64,000 bases of DNA from Nitrospinales bacterium (GTDB taxonomy: Bacteria; Nitrospinota; Nitrospinia; Nitrospinales; VA-1): assembly GCA_965223795.1 (NCBI GenBank), contig CBDCXL010000002.1, forward strand, positions 2,400,001 through 2,464,000. Direction: 5' to 3'. Numbering within the stretch: position 1 is the stretch's first letter; each line of letters opens with the position of its first letter. This document shows positions 38,805 through 48,666 of the stretch, piece after piece. A program made the position numbers and the translations under genes. Below the pieces are notes generated by a model, which saw only the letters and a list, made by a program, of their open reading frames with translations, was not told the origin of the DNA and did not search any database.

Positions 38805-40856
38805 ATGCGGCCCATCCATCGGCGAATTCGATCTGTTTTTTTTCTGGTTCCTCTCCTCTGGGTTGTCTCCGTCCACCTGAGTTATTCAGAAACATTAGAT
38901 ACAGATGTGATTTTTGAAATGGGCATCAACCAGTTGATGCAGGTGGATGTGCTGGTGACTTCGGTCAGCAAGCGGCCGCAGAAGCTGCATGAAACCGCTT
39001 CTGCGATTTATGTCGTGAGCCAGGAAGACATCCGGCGCACCGGGGCGGTCAATATCATGGAGGCTCTTAGGATCGTGCCGGGTGTCCTGGTCTCGAAAAT
39101 CAACCAGAATCGCTATGTGGTGTCGATCCGCGGTTTCAACCGCAGGTTCGGGTCGGACAAACTGCTGGTTCTTATCGACGGTCGGTCCATATACAGTCAA
39201 TCGGAAGCGGGCACGTTCTGGCGGGCTCACGACACGGTCCTGGAGGACATCGACCGGATCGAGGTGATCCGCGGCCCGGGAGCGGCTTTGTGGGGCTCCA
39301 ACGCGGTGGCCGGGGTGATCAACATCATCACAAAAAGTGCGGATCAGACTCAGGGCATACTTGCATCCGCCGGCGGCGGAACCGAGGAAAAAGCGTTTGG
39401 CACCCTGCGGTACGGGGGCAAGATCAGCGAGAAATTCTTTTACCGGATTTACGGCAAATACCGGGACCGTGATGCGGGTAAGAATGTTGACGGTTCCGAT
39501 GCGTTTGATAACAAGCAAATGGGGCAGGCCGGGTTTCGAAGCGACTGGAAGTTGACCGCTAATGATCATCTGACGATGCAGGGGGATTATTACAATCTGG
39601 ACTCTCAGTTCGATATTTTCCGTCTGGTTTCCATCGAGGCGGGAAGCTCAAATTTCCAGGGCGGATTGATCCACAAGGGAGGCAATTTTCTCACGCGCTG
39701 GACGCATGCATTTCAGGATGCTTCCAAGTTTAAATTTCAGTTTTATTACGATTACGTGCAAAGACAAACCACCGCTCCTTTCAATCAAAGAGCCGATACA
39801 TTTGATTTTGAAACCCAGTATGATTTCAGGCTCGGAACACGTCAGAAAGTGTCACTGGGTGCGAACTACCGCCACATCAAGTTCAATTCGGAAGAGAGCA
39901 ACCTCAACCGCTTTGCCGACAGCACGACCAATATCAGCAGCGACCTGTTCGGGTTTTTCGTGCACGATGAAATCACTCTCATTCCCGACCGCTGGAATGT
40001 GATTGTTGGGTCTAAATTCGAACACAATATCTTTTCTGGTTTTGAAATCCAGCCCAATATCCGCACGACTTGGACGCCGTACCCGAACCATATGTTTTGG
40101 GGGGCCATATCACGCGCCGTGAGGCTCCCCACCGTTCGCGAAGAACGGAGGTTTTCCGATGGTCAGGTGTTCAACGTGCCCGGTTTTCCGAATCCCATTC
40201 TGGTCCGACTGCAAGGCGACGGCAGGACGGAGGCGGAAGAACTCTTGGCTTATGAAATCGGGTACCGGCGCCAGTTCCCCGCACAAAAGGTCAGTTTTGA
40301 TGTCACGACCTTTCTGTTTCAATACGACAACATCATCGACGCGGTGTTTGAACCGCCCCTGTTTTTGGAAACCACGCCGCCGGGACCGCCGCGTCTGGTC
40401 AATCTGCTGCGCAATGATAACGCCATAAAAGGTGAGGCCTATGGCGTGGAGATGAGCACGGAATGGCAGGCGTTGGAACGGCTGCGTTTCGCTATCAGTT
40501 ATACGTTTTTAAAAACGGATTTGCGGCAGAAGCTGCCGGATGCGTTTATCGGGCAGGGAGACTTTGAGGCCGAGGAGGAACCGGAGCACATCGTCACTGC
40601 CCGTTCCTATCTGAACCTGCCGCACAATCTGGAATTCGACACGATGTTGTATTATGTGGGTAAGAACGTGGCCCGGGATGTGCAAAACTACCTGCGTCTG
40701 GATCTGCGTCTGGGATGGAGGCCCGTCAAAGAGGTGGAACTGTCCCTGGTGGGGCAAAACCTGCTCGACGACCAGCATTCCGAACTCAATGAACTCGATG
40801 AGGCGAATTCAGAAACCGAGCGCAGTTTTTATGTAAAGGGCACGTTTCGGTTTTAA
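38805..40856 (+). CDS. TonB-dependent receptor
   Basis: VTSVSK, plug LLVLIDGR, IDRIEVIRGPGAALWGSNAVAGVINII, terminal Phe. Confidence 0.95.
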   Translation: MRPIHRRIRSVFFLVPLLWVVSVHLSYSETLDTDVIFEMGINQLMQVDVLVTSVSKRPQKLHETASAIYVVSQEDIRRTGAVNIMEALRIVPGVLVSKINQNRYVVSIRGFNRRFGSDKLLVLIDGRSIYSQSEAGTFWRAHDTVLEDIDRIEVIRGPGAALWGSNAVAGVINIITKSADQTQGILASAGGGTEEKAFGTLRYGGKISEKFFYRIYGKYRDRDAGKNVDGSDAFDNKQMGQAGFRSDWKLTANDHLTMQGDYYNLDSQFDIFRLVSIEAGSSNFQGGLIHKGGNFLTRWTHAFQDASKFKFQFYYDYVQRQTTAPFNQRADTFDFETQYDFRLGTRQKVSLGANYRHIKFNSEESNLNRFADSTTNISSDLFGFFVHDEITLIPDRWNVIVGSKFEHNIFSGFEIQPNIRTTWTPYPNHMFWGAISRAVRLPTVREERRFSDGQVFNVPGFPNPILVRLQGDGRTEAEELLAYEIGYRRQFPAQKVSFDVTTFLFQYDNIIDAVFEPPLFLETTPPGPPRLVNLLRNDNAIKGEAYGVEMSTEWQALERLRFAISYTFLKTDLRQKLPDAFIGQGDFEAEEEPEHIVTARSYLNLPHNLEFDTMLYYVGKNVARDVQNYLRLDLRLGWRPVKEVELSLVGQNLLDDQHSELNELDEANSETERSFYVKGTFRF

Positions 40857-41021
40857 CCATCGTCGGATAATGCGAGTCTATTTATCATCCAACAATGCTT
40901 TCCACAAGTGATAGGCTGCGGCCTTGAATTGCCGAACCGGTTCGGTTACCCTTAACTTTTTGCATCGACCACCGAGCCGCCGCATGGTTTCTGCCGATTC
41001 ATCAGCTCTTTCGGACCCGTC

Positions 41022-42830
41022 TTGATCGCCCGCCTCAAAGCAAACGATTTCTTCTGGGTTTGCATCTGGTCGCTGCTCTGCCTGCTGGCTTTTTCCTACA
41101 AACTGCATTCGGTCCCGCCTTACGACATCGACGAGTATTACTACGTCCGCTCCGTCAAGTTCATGGTGGAAAACGGCGACTACATCACGCCCCGGTTCCA
41201 CGACATCGTGGCCTGGGAGGACGTGCGCACCAAACGTTTTGAAAAGCCCATTTTGACTTACTGGGCGATCGCCCTGTCGTACAAGCTGTTCGGCGTGGAT
41301 TATGTATCCGCGCGGCTTCCCTCGGTGCTGGCCGGAGCGTTGTGCATTCCTTTCCTGTACCTGCTGGGCCGCCGGCTGTTCGGACAGGGGCCGGCGTGTT
41401 ACAGCGCGCTCATCTTTCCCGGCCTGCTGCTGCATTTTGAAAAATCCCGGCTCGCCCGGCCGGACATGATCATGACGCTTTTGATCCTGGCGTCGATCTA
41501 CTTTTTCGTGCGCGGCTTTCAGGAACCGGAATCGCGGAAGCGGAACTTCCTCCTGTTTTACCTGTGCCTGGGACTGGGGTTTCTCACCAAGGGGCCGGTG
41601 GCGGTGCTGCTGCCGCTTTTGCCCATCGGCCTGTTTCTTACCCTGCCGAAAAACCGCCTGCCGTTCGGCCAGATGCACCTGGGGACCGGTGCGCTGGTGT
41701 TTGTCGCGGTCAATCTGCCCTGGTTCGCCGCGGTGCTCGCCATCCACGGCCAGGAATACATCGATCATGTGCTGCAGGTCGAGATCAAGGGGCGCATGCT
41801 GCATTCGGATGGGTACAAATTGTTTTACCTCTACATGCCGTTCGTCTACACCCTGCCGTGGTCCGGCTTTTTTTTGGCGGCGCTGGTTTCCATTCTGGGC
41901 GGCGGCCGTGGAGAAGAGGTGTGGACATCCGGGGAACGGCCGTTCATTCGAGAGCAATGGGCGCGCGTTGTAAACAGACTGCGAATGCTTGCGGAGCCAT
42001 CCAACCGCTGGATTTTATTCTGCCTCATCTGGTTCTGCGTGCCGTTGATCTTCTTCACCGTGTTTCAGAATTACCGCGCCCGCTACATCCTCACCGTGTG
42101 CGCGCCGCTGGCGATGCTCACCGGGACGTTTCTGCACCGCATGCTGGCGGATTCGGACAGGCTCAGGTCCAGGCTGTTCAAAGGTCCCTTGTACCTGTGC
42201 TTTCTCTATTATTTCGGCTTGGCGTTCTACCTGGGTTTCATCTATGTTTTTTTCAGCCAGGTGCTGCATGCGCCGGTCTGGGTGACCGTGTTTCCCCTGC
42301 TGCTCGCGCTGGGGCTGTTGCGGCTCATCCATCTGTACCGCAAACGGCGCGGCGTGCCGCTGGTGGTGACCCTGGGCGTGTTCCAGGTGTTGATCCTGGC
42401 TCTGGTACACGGCGACATCCTGCCCTACTACAACCACTATCCGCTCAAGAAGCTGGCACAGGCGATTCGCGAGCAGGGGACGGGCGAAGAGGAAGTGTAC
42501 ATCCTGAATCTGGGGAACGACGGTCCCAAGCTGGGCGTGCAGACCCTGCACTGGGTGCGCGTGTTCGGCGATCCCCAGGTGATCGAGCGTGCCATCGAGA
42601 AGGATAAAAAGATATTCGTTGTGCTCACGGAAACGGACTGGAAAGCGCATCTGCCCGATGCGCCGCTCATCGAGGTTGCCCGCGATTTCCGGTTGAAGAA
42701 TATCAAGGTGAATGCCAAGCTGGTCCAGACCGTGCGGGAGCGGGGCTTCGTCGAGACGTTTCAGGATTATCTGGAAGTGCGTATTTTGTTCGCCAACCGC
42801 CCTTTGCAACCGGTGGCGGCTTCGCCTTAA
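41022..42830 (+). CDS. ArnT-like GT-C membrane glycosyltransferase
   Basis: DEYYY, FEKPILTYW, SARLPS, LTKGPVA, LPWF, many TM. Confidence 0.9.
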   Translation: MIARLKANDFFWVCIWSLLCLLAFSYKLHSVPPYDIDEYYYVRSVKFMVENGDYITPRFHDIVAWEDVRTKRFEKPILTYWAIALSYKLFGVDYVSARLPSVLAGALCIPFLYLLGRRLFGQGPACYSALIFPGLLLHFEKSRLARPDMIMTLLILASIYFFVRGFQEPESRKRNFLLFYLCLGLGFLTKGPVAVLLPLLPIGLFLTLPKNRLPFGQMHLGTGALVFVAVNLPWFAAVLAIHGQEYIDHVLQVEIKGRMLHSDGYKLFYLYMPFVYTLPWSGFFLAALVSILGGGRGEEVWTSGERPFIREQWARVVNRLRMLAEPSNRWILFCLIWFCVPLIFFTVFQNYRARYILTVCAPLAMLTGTFLHRMLADSDRLRSRLFKGPLYLCFLYYFGLAFYLGFIYVFFSQVLHAPVWVTVFPLLLALGLLRLIHLYRKRRGVPLVVTLGVFQVLILALVHGDILPYYNHYPLKKLAQAIREQGTGEEEVYILNLGNDGPKLGVQTLHWVRVFGDPQVIERAIEKDKKIFVVLTETDWKAHLPDAPLIEVARDFRLKNIKVNAKLVQTVRERGFVETFQDYLEVRILFANRPLQPVAASP

Positions 42831-42835
42831 ATTTT

Positions 42836-42962
42836 AGCTCTTTGCATAAGTTCAAGTCTGTCATGCTGAGCTTGTCGAAGCATGATTCAATGCACCCTTC
42901 GACAGGCTCAGGGTGACAATGTGAGACCCGGATTCTCGTGCGATTGACTTATGCAAAGATCT
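42836..42962. repeat. MITE-like element copy 2 with REP-like core
   Basis: AGCTCTTTGCATAAGT / ACTTATGCAAAGATCT inverted ends; core 42860-42918 nearly identical to 11807-11865. Confidence 0.8.
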
Positions 42963-43010
42963 GTTAATACGAGAGAGCGCGGTGTTTGCATTGAATCCAG
43001 AGGCGAAACC

Positions 43011-43514
43011 ATGAGCGTCCTATCGGGCAAATTGATTCTGGTCGCCATTCCCAAAAGCCAGTTTGAGGAAGGGGAGCTGTTGCCGCTGCGCGAGATCCTG
43101 ATCGGCGCCGGGGCGCGGGTGTTCGTGCTTTCCAAAAGCGGGCAGGCGGCGCGGGGGATGGAAAAAACCTCTTTTCAGCCCGACGGGACCATCGTCGATT
43201 GGGACAAGCAGCCGGGAGTGGTTGGGAAATACCATGCCGTCGTGGTGCTCGGCGGCCGGGGCGCGTCCAAGTCCCTGTGGGAGGATCCGATCCTGCCGCA
43301 GATCCTGACCGATCACTTCCGGGCGGAGCGGATCGTCGCCGCGATGGGGGAGGGCGCGCCGGTGCTGGTGCGCGCCGGGCTGTGCGGCGAAGACGATCTG
43401 CCCGAACCGGGATCGAGCGAGGCTTTGGTGGTGTCCGGCCGGGTGTTGCTGGCGGCGGGAAAAAACGCGATGGCGTCCTTTCTGGCGGCGCTGACCCGCC
43501 TGTTGACGGAGTGA
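43011..43514 (+). CDS. DJ-1/PfpI-family protein lacking the nucleophile Cys
   Basis: QFEEGE, YHAVVVLGGRGA, IVAAMGEGAPVLVRAGL. Confidence 0.75.
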   Translation: MSVLSGKLILVAIPKSQFEEGELLPLREILIGAGARVFVLSKSGQAARGMEKTSFQPDGTIVDWDKQPGVVGKYHAVVVLGGRGASKSLWEDPILPQILTDHFRAERIVAAMGEGAPVLVRAGLCGEDDLPEPGSSEALVVSGRVLLAAGKNAMASFLAALTRLLTE

Positions 43515-44761
43515 CTGCTGTGTGCTTTTCGAACCGCTGGATCTGGATGTTCATTTTCTTCGTCGCCGGTGTCCACTGCGCGCCCGCCCCACTGAAAGAG
43601 AGCGATTCCGTCCAATTGCCGCAGGTCGTCTTTGTGCCGGGTTATTACGGCAGCACGCTGATCCGGGAACGGGACGCCAGGACGATCTGGTTCACGGCGG
43701 CGCAGGCGTTGTTCGGCGATCAGACCCTGGCGCTCGATGACGGGGGAATCCGTATTCCCGGCGCCGCGACCATGCGGGTGGGGGAGGTGTTCCGCTCACT
43801 GGGTGTCTTGAAGGAGGTGTACGGACCGGTGCTGGACGGATTGCAGGCGCGGCTTTCCGGCCGGGCCGACGTGGTGCCGTTCGCGTACGACTGGCGGCAG
43901 GACATCACGCACAGCGCCGCAAGGCTGGGCCAACGGGTGGACGCGCTGAATGCCAAAGGGGCGCTCAAAGTGGCGGTGGTCGCGCACAGCATGGGCGGTC
44001 TGGTCACCGCGCATTACCTGCTATACGGCGGCCAGCCACAGGAAAACGCGCGCCTGAACCTGGCCGGGGCGGACCGGCTGCACGCGGTGGCGATGGCGGC
44101 CGCGCCGTTTGCGGGCACGCTGGCGGTGTTCCGCAATATGCAGCACGGCATCCGGTTCGGGCTCAACGCTCGGGCTCTGGAAGGGTTGGCGGTGGCTTCG
44201 TTCCCGTCCAGCTATCAGATTCTGCCGCAGTATCCCAATGCTCTGGTTGCGCGCGGCGGTGCGGATCTGTCGGACTGGATCTTCGATGCGGCGCGCTGGC
44301 AGGAACGGGAATGGAGCCTGCTGAAAAATGCGGACGCGCTCGATCCAAAGACGCGCGAGAACCGCGAACGCACCACCCGCGCCCTGCTGGATGCGGCGCG
44401 GGCGTTTAATGAAAGCATGCGTCCCGCTGCATCGGATAGGGAAAGCGATCTGCCGTTTTTGTATTATTACAGCGATTCGGTGCCGACGGTGGAGCGCGCC
44501 CAATGGCACGAAAAACAGCGCACGCTGCTGTTTCCGGGCAGGGATGCAAAGCAATTGCAAGATCCGGCGTCCTATTATTCACCGGGAGACGGCACGGTCA
44601 CACGGGCCTCGGCGCAGCCGCCGGAACGGCTCGCCGCGCTCTTTCCAGCCCTTGTGATCGAGAAAAAGCCGCAGGAGCATTTAGAGATGCTGCACGATGC
44701 GGACAACCTGAACGCCATCGTCGAATTTCTGGAAGACGCCCTGGAGCTTCCCGATGCCTGA
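43511..44761 (+). CDS. Alpha/beta-hydrolase, LCAT/PGAP1-like lipase/acyltransferase; start uncertain
   Basis: VFVPGYYGSTL, YDWRQ, AHSMGG, GDGTV, EHLEM. Confidence 0.85.
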   Translation: MTAVCFSNRWIWMFIFFVAGVHCAPAPLKESDSVQLPQVVFVPGYYGSTLIRERDARTIWFTAAQALFGDQTLALDDGGIRIPGAATMRVGEVFRSLGVLKEVYGPVLDGLQARLSGRADVVPFAYDWRQDITHSAARLGQRVDALNAKGALKVAVVAHSMGGLVTAHYLLYGGQPQENARLNLAGADRLHAVAMAAAPFAGTLAVFRNMQHGIRFGLNARALEGLAVASFPSSYQILPQYPNALVARGGADLSDWIFDAARWQEREWSLLKNADALDPKTRENRERTTRALLDAARAFNESMRPAASDRESDLPFLYYYSDSVPTVERAQWHEKQRTLLFPGRDAKQLQDPASYYSPGDGTVTRASAQPPERLAALFPALVIEKKPQEHLEMLHDADNLNAIVEFLEDALELPDA

Positions 44762-45728
44762 TTATCCGACCTTGGAGGAGATCGAAGCGGCGCGCGAGCG
44801 GCTGGCGCCTTTCATCGTCGAAACGCCCACCCAGCGCTGGACGGACCCGGACGGCAGCGAGGCGCTGGGAGCGGAAGTCCACGTCAAGCTGGAGCTGTTC
44901 CAGGTGACGGGAACCTTCAAGCCGCGCGGCGCGCTCAACAACATGCTGCACCTCACGCAGCAGGAGCTCAAACGCGGCGTCACCGCGGTGAGCGCCGGCA
45001 ACCACGCCATCGCCACCGCCTATGCAGCGAAGGTATTGGGCAGCTCGGCGAAAGTGGTGATGCCGAAAAACGCCAATCCTCTGCGTAAACAGCGGGCGCG
45101 GGCGCTGGGCGCGGACATCGTCGAGGCGGACGATTCGCACGACGCGTTCGCCAAAGTGGAAGCGATCGAACGGAACGAGGGCCGGCGCTTCGTCCACCCC
45201 TTCGAAGGCCCGATGACGCTTGCGGGCACCGCCACCGCCGGGCTGGAGATGACGCGGCAGGCTCCGAAGCTCGACTGCATGATCCTGCCGATCGGCGGCG
45301 GCGGGCTGTGCGGCGGCTTCGCGGCGGCGCTCAAACAGGTGTGGCCGGGCATCCGTGTCTACGGGGTGGAACCGCAAGGGGCCGCCTGCATGAGCGAAAG
45401 TTTCCAGGCGGGAAAACCGGTGGCGCTGACGCGCATCGACACGATCGCCGACAGCCTGGCCCCGCCCCGGGCGGAGCCTTACACCTATGCGGTGTGCCGC
45501 CGGTTTGTGGACGACATCGTCACGGTGGGCGATGCGGAGCTGAAGGTGGCCATGCGGCGGCTGTTCTACGGCATGAAGCTCGCGGTGGAGCCCGCGGGCG
45601 CGGCCGCGGCGGCGGGGCTTTTAGGTCCGCTCCAGGACAGGGTGCGGGGTAAAAAGGTGGGGATCATCGCCTGCGGCGCCAACATCGGCCTCGCCGATTT
45701 CTGCGGCCTGGTGGCCGGCGGCGGGTGA
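44754..45728 (+). CDS. PLP-dependent threonine/serine dehydratase family protein
   Basis: QVTGTFKPRGA, SAGNHA, HPF, IGGGGL, VEPAGA. Confidence 0.92.
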   Translation: MPDYPTLEEIEAARERLAPFIVETPTQRWTDPDGSEALGAEVHVKLELFQVTGTFKPRGALNNMLHLTQQELKRGVTAVSAGNHAIATAYAAKVLGSSAKVVMPKNANPLRKQRARALGADIVEADDSHDAFAKVEAIERNEGRRFVHPFEGPMTLAGTATAGLEMTRQAPKLDCMILPIGGGGLCGGFAAALKQVWPGIRVYGVEPQGAACMSESFQAGKPVALTRIDTIADSLAPPRAEPYTYAVCRRFVDDIVTVGDAELKVAMRRLFYGMKLAVEPAGAAAAAGLLGPLQDRVRGKKVGIIACGANIGLADFCGLVAGGG

Positions 45729-45923
45729 ATTCATGGAAAATGCGGGAAAAATCAGCATTTTAAATGCCCTGAAACCCCACGCCGAAAATTAAAAAAATTA
45801 ATTTTTACAACGGCTTGACACTCCCACTGGCCGGTTTTATTTGACTCCCAGAGAGCTTGGGCTTCCTCGTAGAAGTACCCGGCGACAATTCATCAAATTC
45901 ATTTGAAAGAAAGGAGGTCGTTT

Positions 45924-46433
45924 ATGAGAACGACGCAAATGGCCCCCCATCCTTTGAATGGCAATGGTGAGGCCGCCCGTTCAACCGCCGAGTCGGATTT
46001 TTCCTGGTTTTCGAAGGAGTTCGATCGGCTATTCAATCATTTCCCTCCCAGAATCGCCGATTTTTTCAACAAACGGACGCTCCTGGATTCTCCGTCGCTG
46101 CAACCGGTCATGGATGTGCGCGAGATGAAGGACCACTGGCGCATCGACGCGGAACTGCCCGGTGTGGACGAAAAAGACCTGGAGGTCACCGTTTGCGACG
46201 GCGTTTTGATCCTCAAAGCCGAAAAACGGCCCGTGGACCTGAGTGACGCGGAATGCCGGATTTACAGGCAACAGAGGGTGTTCGGTCCGATTCATTCGAC
46301 GCTGCCGCTGCCAGCAGAAATCGATCCGGACAAGGTCAAAGCCCGGCTCCATCAGGGTGTCCTGACCGTCACCGTACCCAAAACCAAAAAAGCACAAGAG
46401 AGCAGACGAAAAATCGCTATCGGCACCGGCTGA
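45924..46433 (+). CDS. Small heat-shock protein Hsp20 (cytoplasmic)
   Basis: RBS AAGGAGG; DAELPGVD, GVLTVTVPK. Confidence 0.92.
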   Translation: MRTTQMAPHPLNGNGEAARSTAESDFSWFSKEFDRLFNHFPPRIADFFNKRTLLDSPSLQPVMDVREMKDHWRIDAELPGVDEKDLEVTVCDGVLILKAEKRPVDLSDAECRIYRQQRVFGPIHSTLPLPAEIDPDKVKARLHQGVLTVTVPKTKKAQESRRKIAIGTG

Positions 46434-46545
46434 TTGTTCGCTGTTCGACTCAATCGTTTAAATCGCATCGCTCCCGGTATGCGCCGCGAGGCGTCCGGCT
46501 GCGATGAATTCATATTCAACCTTTGTATTTTTTCGGAGGTGTGTC

Positions 46546-46638
46546 ATGGAACCGACTTCCTTGCTGATGGCTGTTATGGCAGGAGTCGCTGCCATCGGCT
46601 TCGTGAGTTTTTTCAGCACGGGTCTTTTCAACGAATGA
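46546..46638 (+). CDS. Putative 30-aa single-helix membrane peptide
   Basis: RBS GGAGGT; MEPTSLLMAVMAGVAAIGFVSFFSTGLFNE; followed by hairpin GGCGGCTTCC/GGAAGCCGCC. Confidence 0.55.
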   Translation: MEPTSLLMAVMAGVAAIGFVSFFSTGLFNE

Positions 46639-46987
46639 CCCGGACTCAGGCGGCTTCCTGCATGGGAAGCCGCCGCATCGATGCCGCCATTCCATGACAT
46701 GTTTCGAATCAATAGGAGTCCGATACCAATGCCTATGTCTGCTGAGAATGAATTTCCCGCTCAAGTTGAAAACGAAACCCGCTCCGCGTTCGGCAGCGAA
46801 TACCCGCAGTCCTTTCGCATCCGCAGACCCGCAGGCTCATCATTGTGGCTCAAGCGCAACGCAAGGCGCAATCCGGCGGGCTACCGGCACTGGAAAGATT
46901 ATGTCAGCCGGTTTGAAGCGATGGCGGGATGAAGGAGTGCGCGGTCGAACCGGCGTAAAAATGGAGTTCAATTCAATGGGGGCCACC

Positions 46988-47482
46988 ATGAAAACAATCA
47001 CAGCCATGTTTGCCGGCGTCCTCATCATGATGAGCGCCGGTGCCGTCCAGGCGGAAACCGCACGCCCGGTTGCGTATGGACCGGATGTTTTGTGCCAGGA
47101 ATCGGGATTCAACGACTCCCTGGCGGGTTTACCGATCGGCTATTTCGGCGGGACCCTGCCTCGCGTCGACGTGAGGGAAACCCCCGAACGCATTCAGGTG
47201 TTCGCCGAAGTTCCCGGGTTGGGCAAAGAAGATATCGAGTACTTCATTCAAGACAACAAACTGACCCTGCGCGGTCAAAAGCCACGAGTGCCGGAGTCTT
47301 CGTCCGTAGAGAAATGGCATGCCTGCGAGCGGGCGTTCGGAGGCTTCGAGCGGATCGTTCCCATGCCGGTTCCCGTGGATGTGGATTCCATCACCGCTTC
47401 CATCGAAAAGGGAGTGATCCAGATAGACATTGTCAAATCCATGCAGGCCCACGCGCAAACCAGGGCGGAGTCCCGGCGGTAG
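46988..47482 (+). CDS. Hsp20 with predicted Sec signal peptide
   Basis: MKTITAMFAGVLIMMSAGAVQA then alpha-crystallin domain (AEVPGL, ERAFGGFER, KGVIQI). Confidence 0.85.
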   Translation: MKTITAMFAGVLIMMSAGAVQAETARPVAYGPDVLCQESGFNDSLAGLPIGYFGGTLPRVDVRETPERIQVFAEVPGLGKEDIEYFIQDNKLTLRGQKPRVPESSSVEKWHACERAFGGFERIVPMPVPVDVDSITASIEKGVIQIDIVKSMQAHAQTRAESRR

Positions 47483-47560
47483 TGCGGGCCGTAAACGTTA
47501 AACAGGGAATCCTGTCATCTCATGCCATCCGTTCCGTGAATGAGTGAAAGGAGAGGTGTC

Positions 47561-47923
47561 ATGAAGAAGCGAGCGATTTTATTTTATGCATTTCTGATTT
47601 TTTTCTTAATGGCGGGCGCGGTTCAAGCCGGAGGGCCGGATGTGAATCCGGCTGCACAGAATCCAGCGGCTGCCGAGATTGAGCAGGGCAAACCGTGCGC
47701 CATGAGTTCTATAAAAAGCGCGTCCTGGGAAAATGTCGATCCCGAACTTCCGTATCTTTTGCAGCAGGATCTGAAAAGCTGCCTGGACAAATGCACTCAG
47801 GAATTCAATTCCTGCATGAACGGCGCGGGCGACAGCGATTCGGCGCAGTTTCGTTGCGGTGAAAAGCGCTGGATGTGCACCCGCAGTTGCGACAATCAGT
47901 GGGAGTCCAAACTGGAATCATGA
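47561..47923 (+). CDS. Secreted Cys-rich small protein
   Basis: RBS AAGGAG; signal ..GAVQA; CLDKC..C..C..CTRSC. Confidence 0.75.
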   Translation: MKKRAILFYAFLIFFLMAGAVQAGGPDVNPAAQNPAAAEIEQGKPCAMSSIKSASWENVDPELPYLLQQDLKSCLDKCTQEFNSCMNGAGDSDSAQFRCGEKRWMCTRSCDNQWESKLES

Positions 47924-48004
47924 AAGCAAGAGCACGCATTAAAACGTTCAAGGGCAATTTGGGGATGACAGGGTTTTCGTTTCACTTTCAAGGAGTGAGA
48001 AGCG

Positions 48005-48646
48005 ATGAAACATTTTTACAAGCACATCAATAAATATCTGCTGGGTCTGGTGGTGTGTCTCAGTCTGCTGGTTGGATTTCAGGCGGCGCTGCTGTACAAA
48101 AAGCCGGAGCCGCTGGCCGTGGTCACGATGGCCCCGAAGAAAGCGGATGCAGGAATGTCCACGGGGAAACCTCCCTCCATTGCGTGGGACCCCGACCGGC
48201 AGTTTGAAATGATGCGGAAACGCATGGACGCCATCCACGAAAACATGGAAAAGATGATGGCGCGTCCGTTCTCCGGTTTCGGCGGCAAGAATGCCGGATG
48301 GCAGGCGTTCTCCTTTGAAAATCCCTTCGCCGAGAACCTGCATTTGAAGGACGAAGGGGACCGCTACCGGGCGACGCTGAACATGCCGGGCCTGGATGAT
48401 ATGAGCGTCGACGTGAACGTGGAAGATCAGAGCCTGCGCATTTCCGGGACTCTGGATCACGAAGAGAAGAAACAGGACGACAAGGGCACGCGCATGCAGA
48501 GTTTTCACAAGGGGAAGTTCGAACGCTCGGTCAGCCTGGCGCATCCGGTGAAGCCGGAATCGCTCAAGGTCACGCGCGATGGCGGAAAACTCACGATCGA
48601 GGTCGAAAAGGAAACCGCTGCGTCATCGAACCTGCCCACCGGCTGA
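48005..48646 (+). CDS. Hsp20 with N-terminal signal/membrane anchor
   Basis: RBS AAGGAG; LLGLVVCLSLLVGFQAALL; LNMPGL, GKFERSVSL, GGKLTIEVEK. Confidence 0.85.
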   Translation: MKHFYKHINKYLLGLVVCLSLLVGFQAALLYKKPEPLAVVTMAPKKADAGMSTGKPPSIAWDPDRQFEMMRKRMDAIHENMEKMMARPFSGFGGKNAGWQAFSFENPFAENLHLKDEGDRYRATLNMPGLDDMSVDVNVEDQSLRISGTLDHEEKKQDDKGTRMQSFHKGKFERSVSLAHPVKPESLKVTRDGGKLTIEVEKETAASSNLPTG

Positions 48647-48666
48647 CGGTCCGGGGGTGAGCGGCG

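Noticed and set aside
45810..45923. CIRCE or ROSE heat-shock element before the Hsp20 cluster
   Set aside because: No TTAGCACTC-N9-GAGTGCTAA and no U(U/C)GCU anti-SD hairpin seen.
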